DNA of 33,285 nucleotides, from the UHGV virus genome UHGV-0213312; one strand, written 5' to 3'. Below, in pieces: positions 1 to 7,889 of this stretch. Under the pieces are notes generated by a model that made no database searches, had not been told where the DNA came from, and worked only from the letters and a program-made list of their open reading frames with translations. Source of the DNA: a virus. The number at the start of each line of letters is the position of its first letter. Position 1 is the stretch's first letter. The translations under genes and the position numbers were made by a program.

Positions 1-63
1 ATTGCGACCGTTCGGTGGCAATTTTTCTTAGCCTTTCCTGGCGGGCGCGGAAAGGAATTTAAA

Positions 64-1002
64 ATGACAAGACGAGTTTTCAATTACGGTGGTGGTATGC
101 ACAGCCCAGCAGCTCTGACACAATTTTTACGAGATGCGCTTGACGGTGACGTGGCAAATGGCATGGAAGTGGTTGCTGGTAGTGGCATGAACGTCACAGT
201 TAAAGCAGGGACGGCTTCGGTTGGTAAAGATCCCTCGTATGACATCAATATCGTAGGGACTGAGACGGTTAGTATAGGTGCAGCGTCGCCATCAAATCCA
301 ACGAACACGTTGATCGTGGCTTATGTTGACCGCAGTGTTTCTGGAAGCACGGCTGTGACAGACAACACCAACGATGTGTTTAAGCTGAAAGCAGTTTCTG
401 GTGCAGCAGCCGCGACGCCATCAGACCCTACCGTGTCAGCAGTTCAAGCAGCAATTGGCGCAGCAAATCCGTATATTGTATTAGCGAGAGTGCTCAAGCG
501 AGCGGGCGCGACATCAATCATTGATAGTGACATTACTGATTTGCGAAAAATGATCACGCTGCGAGATGGCAGGATCAATAAACCAGAGATTATATCCGAT
601 GGTACGATAGTTTCAGGGCATATTAAAGATGGTTCAATCCTACCGCAAAAACTATCGTCAGCAGCCCGCGGCGACCGCAGCACATCAGAAGTCGACACTG
701 GTATGAAATGGATCGATGGCCGCACAATTTATCAGAAGACGTTTGCGATGGGCGGTTTGAAGGTCGCCAGCAAAACAACCGTGCCGCATGGTATCAAGAA
801 TCTTGATATGGTTATTAATATTCGCGGCATTGCAAAGGAAGATAGCATCGGTGCAACAATCAACCTGCCGCACGCTGCCGACCAGCAAGCTTATACAGTG
901 ACAGTTTACGCCGATAATAGCAACATCAACATTCAAACATACGCCGATCAATCTGGATATCGAACATCATTCGTGACGATTCAATACGTGAAGAAGACCT
1001 AA
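64..1002 (+). CDS. Tail fibre / receptor-binding protein (constant N-terminus plus current C-terminal cassette A)
   Basis: 312-aa ORF that follows the minor tail genes across the circular junction. C-terminus 'STSEVDTGMKWIDGRTIYQKTF..TVPHGI..' resembles phage fibre tip domains. Contains repeats at 603-644 that recur inverted at the heads of two silent cassettes. Confidence 0.8.
   Translation: MTRRVFNYGGGMHSPAALTQFLRDALDGDVANGMEVVAGSGMNVTVKAGTASVGKDPSYDINIVGTETVSIGAASPSNPTNTLIVAYVDRSVSGSTAVTDNTNDVFKLKAVSGAAAATPSDPTVSAVQAAIGAANPYIVLARVLKRAGATSIIDSDITDLRKMITLRDGRINKPEIISDGTIVSGHIKDGSILPQKLSSAARGDRSTSEVDTGMKWIDGRTIYQKTFAMGGLKVASKTTVPHGIKNLDMVINIRGIAKEDSIGATINLPHAADQQAYTVTVYADNSNINIQTYADQSGYRTSFVTIQYVKKT
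603..630. repeat. Inverted repeat IR-C, left copy (28 bp)
   Basis: TACGATAGTTTCAGGGCATATTAAAGAT is the exact reverse complement of 3884-3911. Confidence 0.95.
628..644. repeat. Inverted repeat IR-B, left copy (17 bp)
   Basis: GATGGTTCAATCCTACC is the exact reverse complement of 1363-1379. Confidence 0.95.
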
Positions 1003-1379
1003 ATAACACCGATCGCAATCCAGCTGATTCCATGATGTGCACCGCCGAAAATCCCCGACGTCGAAGCCGTAATGGTTGTACCCGTTGCTTTGAACGCTCC
1101 ACACTCAATATTCGTGCCTGCGCCAATTGCTCTGTCAAAACTAGACGGTGAAGTTGGCGCGCTAGTGGTGTAACCTATTAGGGCAGGAATAACTGCATAT
1201 ACTTCTTTGAATTTTCTTGGAAATGTTACTATGACCCTCTGACTTTTACTGTTGTTGCCATAAAAGGATGTCCAACCCGACTGAACTATTAAGTTATCAG
1301 AAATAGTTTGAGCTGTATTATTGGCGCTGAAGGTTAAAATCTCCGATGTCTTAATGTCTTTTGGTAGGATTGAACCATC
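999..1379 (-). other. Silent alternative tail-fibre C-terminal cassette B (no start codon, 126 aa)
   Basis: Hand translation: DGSILPKDIKTSEILTFSANNTAQTISDNLIVQSGWTSFYGNNSKSQRVIVTFPRKFKEVYAV...GISWIAIGVI*. It begins in IR-B with the same DGSILP as the fibre gene and has the QxG..VTFP..F..WIAIG pattern of gp53-like fibre tips. Absent from the ORF track. Confidence 0.85.
1363..1379. repeat. Inverted repeat IR-B, right copy
   Basis: GGTAGGATTGAACCATC is the reverse complement of 628-644. Confidence 0.95.
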
Positions 1380-1480
1380 AAATTATATTTGTTAGAATAT
1401 AAGTAGAAAATGCGAGCAAGCACGCGAGGGTTTATTGAGGTGCTTTACCTCGCATGTTTGTTCGGATTTTCAAACTAACC

Positions 1481-1534
1481 TGTGCTATAATATAGACATA
1501 GGAAATTGCGATCACAAAATGTGGTCGCTTTTTT
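1481..1534 (+). promoter_or_regulatory. Extended -10 promoter plus leader hairpin/U-tract (lysis operon copy)
   Basis: TGTGCTATAAT (1481-1491), then GCGATCACA-aaa-TGTGGTCGC followed by TTTTTT. Confidence 0.75.
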
Positions 1535-1546
1535 ATTGGAAAAATT

Positions 1547-1930
1547 ATGAGCAACACAGACGTATCAGCAAAAGAATTTGGAGCCTTGCAGGCGAATGTT
1601 GAGCATATTAAAGAAGATGTTATCGAGATTAAAGATATTGTGCGCAATCAAGACTCTGTTAGCCGGCGAGAATATCAAAAGCTGGCTGACCTCGTTGAGC
1701 AGCAATCTGGACGACTCAATACAATCGAGAAGAACCTGGGTATTAATGAGGCTACTTTTACGGGTCAGATGAAACGGTTTATGGATAAGCATGTTGCAGC
1801 TGTATTTAGTAGCGCATTGATGCTTATCGTTATTTGGGCGCTATATGCAACACAATCATCGCAGATCGAACGGTTGAAAACCGATTTGAATATAACAAAC
1901 GAAACTGTTCGGTCAAGAGAAAATAAATGA
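1547..1930 (+). CDS. Lysis-module membrane protein (coiled coil plus one TM helix)
   Basis: Heptad-like N-terminus, hydrophobic 'AAVFSSALMLIVIWALYA'; first gene of the cassette ending in the endolysin. Confidence 0.6.
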   Translation: MSNTDVSAKEFGALQANVEHIKEDVIEIKDIVRNQDSVSRREYQKLADLVEQQSGRLNTIEKNLGINEATFTGQMKRFMDKHVAAVFSSALMLIVIWALYATQSSQIERLKTDLNITNETVRSRENK

Positions 1931-2190
1931 CAAGGAGGTCAAAGATGGAACTAGAAAAAAAGACAACTCGCAAGCTGTCAATCGCGGTCGGTTTGCTGTC
2001 ATTCGGAGCGTTTGTCATTCAGGGGCTGGGTGATATCTGGGGCTTTGCAGCAGTGGCGAAACAGCTCACCGCAACCGCCCTATTAGTCGCAGGTGGTGTG
2101 AACATGTACTTCTCAGGTGTTACCAGCGAGAAGAATAGGCAAGATAAAAAGATGGCTCAGAAGCTTCAAGCTAAAGAGGTGGAGAAATGA
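1927..2190 (+). CDS. Holin-like protein with two TM segments; second start at 1945
   Basis: Two hydrophobic stretches and a highly charged C-tail; overlaps the endolysin start (ATGA); AAGGAGG precedes ATG 1945. Confidence 0.65.
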   Translation: MTRRSKMELEKKTTRKLSIAVGLLSFGAFVIQGLGDIWGFAAVAKQLTATALLVAGGVNMYFSGVTSEKNRQDKKMAQKLQAKEVEK

Positions 2191-3311
2191 AAAAAGTAAC
2201 TTCAAATCTGAAAAACTTCATCACCAATCGGATAGATGTGTTGATAGTTGTAAGCGTCATCATTGTGTCGGCTGTGTTTTTAATCATAGGAAAACCCTCA
2301 GAGGACGGCAGTATCACGTTGAACGGTTCAAAAGCCAAGTACTCCAAAGCAACTGAGAGAGCTTTATGCGAGCTAGCCAAAAAGCGTGAGAACGCTATCG
2401 CTGGCATTATGGGGCTAGACGTACCACAGGATTCCGGCTCGGGCTGTGAAGCACCCGACAAAGAGCTAGCGCAGATGGGTTCTGGCGTGTATTACAAGAC
2501 TGACATGTCAAGCCCTGCAGCTTTCGTAAATGCGATGAATGGTCGCGGATTCAATGAGGGGTATGGTCTGCAGTGCGTAGCAGGCTTTAAGCAGTTTATG
2601 TTTAGCTTGAGTGGACGTGTGGTAGCTACCAGGACAGGTGGAGCGAGTGGATACGCTAACCAGGTAGGTGAGATTCAAGCACTCGGCTTTACCTGGCACG
2701 CTGGCCAAGCTGGTATGAAGGATGGCGACTGGGCGATCTTTGGTGGCGGACAGTATGGACATGTGGCTATGTATTATCAGGGCAAGTTCTTCGGACAGAA
2801 CCAAGGCAGTGGCAATATCTACGTCGGCAATGCCTTTAACTTGATGGATTTGGGTGGCTACCGCAACTCGATTATCGGCTACTATCGTCCAAATATCTGG
2901 GCTAATGGCAACACGGCTAGCGCGCCAGTAGCTCCAACCGCCAGCTTAAAAGCAGTGAATGACCAAGTGGTGGCTGACGTATTGAGAGGCGTGTACGGTA
3001 GCGGCAATGACCGCGTATCACGATTACAGACAGCAGGTTATAATCCAGCTGAGGTTCAAGCAGCTGTTAATTCACGGGTTGCAGCGCAGGCACCGCGAAT
3101 AGTTGCACCGCGTCAGAATTATGCAACTAACAACACGAATGGTTACGTCGTGCGTCGCGGTGATACGCTCGGGCATATTGCTTTGCGGAACGGCTGGTAT
3201 AACGGTACAGGCGGTCTGTTCGGTAATTCAGGCTACACGCAGCGACTGGCTGAGCGAAATGGAATTGCTAATAGAGGGTTGATTTATCCAGGGCAAAGGA
3301 TACAGCCATGA
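2187..3311 (+). CDS. Endolysin: N-terminal TM anchor, CHAP-like catalytic domain, CW_7 repeat, LysM
   Basis: 'YGLQCV' and 'YGHVA' Cys/His motifs; CW_7-like 'VVADVLRGVYGSGNDRVSRLQTAGYNPAEVQAAVN'; LysM-like 'YVVRRGDTLGHIA...IYPGQRI'. Confidence 0.85.
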   Translation: MKKVTSNLKNFITNRIDVLIVVSVIIVSAVFLIIGKPSEDGSITLNGSKAKYSKATERALCELAKKRENAIAGIMGLDVPQDSGSGCEAPDKELAQMGSGVYYKTDMSSPAAFVNAMNGRGFNEGYGLQCVAGFKQFMFSLSGRVVATRTGGASGYANQVGEIQALGFTWHAGQAGMKDGDWAIFGGGQYGHVAMYYQGKFFGQNQGSGNIYVGNAFNLMDLGGYRNSIIGYYRPNIWANGNTASAPVAPTASLKAVNDQVVADVLRGVYGSGNDRVSRLQTAGYNPAEVQAAVNSRVAAQAPRIVAPRQNYATNNTNGYVVRRGDTLGHIALRNGWYNGTGGLFGNSGYTQRLAERNGIANRGLIYPGQRIQP

Positions 3312-3418
3312 ACTTGCAGAAAATAACCATCACAAAATCAAGCCTGTATTTTCGCGAGTGCAAGGCTTGCGGCTGCGTGACGCACATCGGCAAGACTACG
3401 CCAGTGACAAAAAGCTGA
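3308..3418 (+). CDS. Small CxxC peptide (36 aa), possibly truncated
   Basis: ATGA overlap with the endolysin stop; MNLQKITITKSSLYFRECKACGCVTHIGKTTPVTKS. Confidence 0.35.
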   Translation: MNLQKITITKSSLYFRECKACGCVTHIGKTTPVTKS

Positions 3419-3443
3419 ACTGTTCGGAAATTCCGAACAACTG

Positions 3444-3475
3444 AAAACCGCCTCGAAAGCTCGGAGGCGGTTTTT
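3444..3475. terminator. Bidirectional intrinsic terminator
   Basis: AAAACCGCCTC-N9-GAGGCGGTTTTT between the convergent lysis operon and cassette C. Confidence 0.8.
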
Positions 3476-3499
3476 GAACTGGAAAGAAATCCTTTATAT

Positions 3500-3911
3500 T
3501 TAGGTTGCGCCAATTGCGATCCAGCTGAAGTAATACGTACCTCTTAGCGTAGCACCGTCAAAACGCCGACACCTTGCCGTAAATCCTGAACTAGTGACCC
3601 CAACCGCCCCAAAAGTTGCACCAGCCCAAGATGGATTTGGGCTATCAGTCCACTGGTCACTAGCGTTGCCATAGCCGTTGTAGGTACAAATAACAATCGG
3701 CACTGTTCCGCTCTTAAATATCTTCGGAAACGTAACGGCTGTCGTAGATTCTATTGTTTCAGTTGGGACTATTACTCTTGCCCGACCATGCTGAAAAACG
3801 ACAGGTTCAACTGGCTGGTTAGTGTTATCTCGTTTCGCCTGAATAAAATCTCCCCAATTTAAATGTTGCGGCAAAATTATTTTATCTTTAATATGCCCTG
3901 AAACTATCGTA
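3500..3911 (-). other. Silent alternative tail-fibre C-terminal cassette C
   Basis: Reads TIVSGHIKD (identical to the fibre gene), then diverges: ..FQHGRA..VTFPKIFK..YFSWIAIGAT*; begins in IR-C. Confidence 0.85.
3884..3911. repeat. Inverted repeat IR-C, right copy
   Basis: ATCTTTAATATGCCCTGAAACTATCGTA is the reverse complement of 603-630. Confidence 0.95.
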
Positions 3912-3922
3912 TTGCTGAGAGG

Positions 3923-3952
3923 TTGACAAAAAATAATACCAAATGTTAAAAT
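3923..3952 (+). promoter_or_regulatory. Sigma70-like promoter
   Basis: TTGACA-N18-TAAAAT with a TG extension, upstream of 4024. Confidence 0.65.
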
Positions 3953-4023
3953 ATATCCGAACAGGACAGAGCAAATTAGCCTCAAACTACTATTAGTTTA
4001 ATGGGGCTATTTTTGTTTTTAGA

Positions 4024-4419
4024 ATGGCTCAGCGAGGGTATATGGGGAATATCATTGTAGATAAGCGGCGCATTAAAAAAATGCAGCAGCAGCTAGGAAA
4101 GGCGACAAAACTAATTACCGACGACCGATACCTGCCAATGTTTAGAAACCGACAACTCAACTATACGAAAGAGTTTGAGTATTCCGTTAAATTAGCAAAA
4201 CGTAAACGCGATCCGCGCAAATATTTTGCATTCATCTGGTCGAGCAAAAATCTGGCCAAGACAGTAGATTGGCTACGTAAGTTAATTGCTCGAGCGAAAG
4301 CCAAGGCAGCCAAAGAACGCCACGACCAAAAAATGCAAAAACAGATAGCATTGCCTATAAATACCGACAAATTAGATAAATTGACGAACATGAAGCGTCA
4401 ATATAATCTGATTACTTAG
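4024..4419 (+). CDS. Basic hypothetical protein (possibly nucleic-acid binding)
   Basis: 131-aa Lys/Arg-rich ORF between the shufflon and the recombinase; alternative start at 4042. Confidence 0.7.
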   Translation: MAQRGYMGNIIVDKRRIKKMQQQLGKATKLITDDRYLPMFRNRQLNYTKEFEYSVKLAKRKRDPRKYFAFIWSSKNLAKTVDWLRKLIARAKAKAAKERHDQKMQKQIALPINTDKLDKLTNMKRQYNLIT

Positions 4420-4691
4420 AGCTGCAGTAATTATTTTTTAGCACCGCTTTGAAGAGCGGCTTATTTGCGTTTGCTTACACGTAATTATTGTGCAATAATT
4501 CTAAATATATGCGAGATTTTGGGAGCTTTGTGTGATATTTGCGGCCGCTTGGCCGCTTTTTTATTACAATTTTTTACAAATTAGACCGCCTCCACATTAA
4601 ATTTAATAGTTAAAATATCAATTTCTGTTCTATATACAATAACTTTGAAAAAGTTGATTATAAACAAATTCTATATAGAGCTGTTTTTAAA

Positions 4692-5576
4692 GTGGAGCTT
4701 TACGAAATGGAAAAACCTATTTATGCACAAATTGAAGAATATTTGGATTACTGCCGGGCACGTCAGTTTACTGAGCAAACGATGGACACTAAATCTAGGG
4801 TGCTGATCAAGTTTGCCGAGTTGAGGATCGTTGATGACATGCAAAAACTAACAAACAAAGATATTAATAAATGGATGGCTATGCAGTCTTCGGGAGCTGC
4901 TACCGGAAATAAAGTCTCTGGCAGAACAATTAATAGTAGATTGAACCACATCGTGGCTTTTATAAAATATTTGCGAGATATGGACTACGACATATCGATT
5001 AAAACGCGACTGATCGAGCCAGCGAAAGAAAAGCCGCCGCGCCGAAACTGGTTTACGCGAGAACAGGTTGAGAGGGTTCTCGAAAATGCCGAGCCGATGA
5101 CGCGATTACTAATATCGCTGGCTTTCGATTCTGGTTTGCGAGCTACAGAACTGAAAAATTTGCGACTAAGAAATATCAGCGGCCGCGAAATGAACATAAT
5201 CGGAAAAGGGAATAAAGCTGGCACAGTTTTCATGACGCCGCGAACAAGAGGGTGGATGGATGAATGGATTGCATGGAAAGGTATTACTGATTATCTATGG
5301 CCATCACAAGCTTATACTGATGGCCGCCCATACAGCATTGACGAGCTGAGATACAAAATGCGTCGAGAATTCGAGAAAGCAGGACTGGAGGGCTTTTATT
5401 TGCACGCCCTGCGTCACAGCTTTGCCACTGATATTCAGATACGTGGTGCGTCAATATCGCAAGCACAAAGACTGTTGAGACATTCTAATTCAGTTACTAC
5501 TGAGGTCTATTTACACGCATTAGATAGCGGAATGATGGATGTCTATGATCAATTAAAATTAGGAACTGCCATTTGA
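4692..5576 (+). CDS. Tyrosine recombinase (integrase/invertase); likely start at ATG 4707
   Basis: Catalytic set visible: SGLRATEL (R), GKGNK (K), HALRH (HxxR), LLRHS (H), TTEVY (Y). Confidence 0.93.
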   Translation: MELYEMEKPIYAQIEEYLDYCRARQFTEQTMDTKSRVLIKFAELRIVDDMQKLTNKDINKWMAMQSSGAATGNKVSGRTINSRLNHIVAFIKYLRDMDYDISIKTRLIEPAKEKPPRRNWFTREQVERVLENAEPMTRLLISLAFDSGLRATELKNLRLRNISGREMNIIGKGNKAGTVFMTPRTRGWMDEWIAWKGITDYLWPSQAYTDGRPYSIDELRYKMRREFEKAGLEGFYLHALRHSFATDIQIRGASISQAQRLLRHSNSVTTEVYLHALDSGMMDVYDQLKLGTAI

Positions 5577-5627
5577 GACAACTTTCATAAAAACATTCCG
5601 TCATTTTGTCGTATTTTGCTTAAGCTA

Positions 5628-5695
5628 TTGACAAAATAGCCTTAGTTTGCTAGTATAAGAGCATATGATTGCGATGTGCACAAGGCGCTCGCAAT
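5628..5695 (+). promoter_or_regulatory. Promoter for the tRNA/early transcript, with a leader hairpin lacking a U-tract
   Basis: TTGACA-N17-TAGTAT, then ATTGCGA...TCGCAAT (5668-5695). Confidence 0.7.
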
Positions 5696-5847
5696 GTGCA
5701 CATTGAAACCTCTGACTTATCATAGAATCTACAATGGTAGTGTACATTCACCGCAAGGTTACAATGAATGAGCGCTATCATAGTAAGCCACAAACTTATC
5801 TTGAATAGTTCTACTACTGACTCGGGCATAAAAGTAACAAATCAGAT

Positions 5848-5923
5848 GCCGCGATAGCTCAGTCGGTAGAGCAACGCCATGGTAAGGCGTAGGTCTCGGG
5901 TTCAAGTCCCGATCGTGGCTCCA
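5848..5923 (+). tRNA. tRNA-Thr (GGT); probable attP core
   Basis: Full 76-nt cloverleaf: acceptor GCCGCGA/TCGTGGC, D arm GCTC/GAGC, anticodon arm ACGCC-ATGGTAA-GGCGT, T arm TCGGG-TTCAAGT-CCCGA, encoded CCA. Confidence 0.95.
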
Positions 5924-5931
5924 TAAAATGT

Positions 5932-5997
5932 AGATTCGCAGAAATGCGAGTCTTTTTAATTTGTATCAAGACCAGCATTTCGCTGGTCTTTTATTTT
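5932..5997 (+). terminator. Two tandem intrinsic terminators after the tRNA
   Basis: AGATTCGCA-gaaa-TGCGAGTCT+T-run and AAGACCAGC-atttc-GCTGGTCTT+T-run. Confidence 0.75.
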
Positions 5998-6267
5998 GCT
6001 TCATGAGGCTATCTGTCCTGTAGATAACTTCATGTAGGCAAAATAATCGAAACAGAGCATTGGAGCTTAACAGTTTGGCTTTATATAAAAGTTAATCCAA
6101 GTTGTCAGTGTTTTGCCGAACGCTGGGTAAAGGCGAAGAGGTTATGAGCGACTGCGAGCGCTCATAACTAGAAGCTGGCGGTGAAAACCCGCTGGGTGCT
6201 CGAGCACCGACAACCTTGAGGGTCGGCAGGCCTCTGGCAATTTGGGGAAGTGGAGAAGAAATAAAAG

Positions 6268-7038
6268 TTGGATAAAGACGATTACTATAGCCGACCAGAG
6301 TGGTCATACTCATCAATGAAGCTGATTCTCGACCACGGTATCGATTATGCGGTTGCAGCTAAGCGTGGAGACTTGCCAGATCTAGACAGCAAGGCTATCG
6401 ATCTTGGGCAGTTAGTCCATATGTTGGTGCTCGGCGGCGAAGATCTGTTCGCTATCAGCCCGTTTGAAAACTTCTACTCGAAAGAATCCAAGGCGTGGCG
6501 TAATGAGCAGAAAGCCGCTGGCAAACACATTATCACTCTAGGCATGTTCAAGGCTGCTGATCGGATCTTGAGGAATATCGAGAACCACCCGCTAGCGAAG
6601 CAATACATTTTCACTAAAGGTGCTACCTTTGAACACGAAATGTACGCTCGCACCGCCGATGGCGTAGACATGAAAGGCAAAGCGGACGTACTGATTCGCA
6701 GTGACGAATCAGCAATGATAACCGACCTGAAAACTACAGCAAAGTTCGACAAGTTTTTCAAAACCGCACAGCCGATGCATTACGATTTACAGTCAGCGGT
6801 TTACACGCTGGTGACGGCATCAAGCCTAGAGCTAGATCCGGCGTTAGTCAAGTTTGTCTATTGTGTGGTTGAAACCGTCGCACCATACCGCGTGCAGTTC
6901 ATGATTGCGGGCATCGACTTCGTTGAGGCTGGCGAACGCAAGCTGCGTACGTGTGTCGACGAGATCATAAAGTTTGGCGACAGCGAGCCGAACTTCCTCA
7001 TTGAAGAAGTGAAGGAGCTGGGCGACTGGAGTCTGTAA
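6268..7038 (+). CDS. RecE/exonuclease VIII-like PD-(D/E)XK nuclease (DUF3799-like)
   Basis: 'SYSSMK', 'KGKAD', 'DLKTT', 'YDLQSAVY' motifs. Confidence 0.85.
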   Translation: MDKDDYYSRPEWSYSSMKLILDHGIDYAVAAKRGDLPDLDSKAIDLGQLVHMLVLGGEDLFAISPFENFYSKESKAWRNEQKAAGKHIITLGMFKAADRILRNIENHPLAKQYIFTKGATFEHEMYARTADGVDMKGKADVLIRSDESAMITDLKTTAKFDKFFKTAQPMHYDLQSAVYTLVTASSLELDPALVKFVYCVVETVAPYRVQFMIAGIDFVEAGERKLRTCVDEIIKFGDSEPNFLIEEVKELGDWSL

Positions 7039-7051
7039 GAGAAAGGAGAAT

Positions 7052-7879
7052 ATGAAAGTCTTTAATAGTTTAGACCCTACCGAGAAGCCATCAATTTTAA
7101 TGGTTGTGTACGGCGAGGGTGGTGTTGGTAAAACGACGTTTGCGGCTACTGCTCCGCGACCAATTATCGCTGACTGCGAGAACGGTAGTAAGTACTTCGG
7201 ACTTCGCGGTATCGAGACTGATGTAGCAATCATCGAAAAGTGGGACGATATGCAGGAATTCATGCAGATCGCACTGACCGACGACTACGACACGGTTATC
7301 ATCGATCCGATCGGTGAGTTGATGGAAAAGCTCATCGCCTACATGCGAAATAAAGCTGATAGCAAATTAGTACAGCGTGACGGCAATCCGACGATGGCGG
7401 GCTGGGGTTGGTTGAAATCAACCATGCGAACATTCTTGAAAACAATGCGAGATAGCGGTAAGCACATTGTTATCGTGGCTCACGTTCAAGAGAAAGACGA
7501 CGATGGCCGCGTCATTAAACGTCCAATGGTTGCCACAAGGCTATCTGAGGAGCTGGTCAATCTGGTGGACATCGTCGGCTACATGACGACGATTAATGAT
7601 ACCGAAACTGGCGACACCAAGCGGCTGATTATCGTTGATCCAGCCAGCGACAAATACGTCGCAAAAGACCGCACTGGTCGGCTAGGACGTTACATCGAAC
7701 CAGACTTTACGAAGATTGTCGATGGCGTTCGGGGCGACGCTGAGTATGCATGGATCACGGCAGCACCAGTATTGGCAAGCCGAGAGCAAATTGAAGCGGC
7801 CGCCAAACCAACCATTCCAAGCTCACGTGTCGAAATGACAGACGCTCGCTTGGGCAAATCTGAGGCAGACAGGGAATAA
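7052..7879 (+). CDS. Sak4-like (AAA_24) ssDNA annealing ATPase
   Basis: Walker A 'YGEGGVGKTT', Walker B 'TVIIDP', 'IVAH', 'AKDR'; lies between the exonuclease and SSB. Confidence 0.85.
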   Translation: MKVFNSLDPTEKPSILMVVYGEGGVGKTTFAATAPRPIIADCENGSKYFGLRGIETDVAIIEKWDDMQEFMQIALTDDYDTVIIDPIGELMEKLIAYMRNKADSKLVQRDGNPTMAGWGWLKSTMRTFLKTMRDSGKHIVIVAHVQEKDDDGRVIKRPMVATRLSEELVNLVDIVGYMTTINDTETGDTKRLIIVDPASDKYVAKDRTGRLGRYIEPDFTKIVDGVRGDAEYAWITAAPVLASREQIEAAAKPTIPSSRVEMTDARLGKSEADRE

Positions 7880-7889
7880 AGGAGGACAC

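Noticed and set aside
64..3911. Diversity-generating retroelement acting on the tail fibre
   Set aside because: No reverse transcriptase and no template/variable repeat pair with adenine-specific differences; the repeats are short, exact and inverted.
3500..3985. Stand-alone 161-aa gene as given in the ORF track
   Set aside because: Sequence upstream of IR-C overlaps a + strand promoter and has no SD; similarity to the fibre begins exactly at the repeat, so it is treated as a silent cassette.
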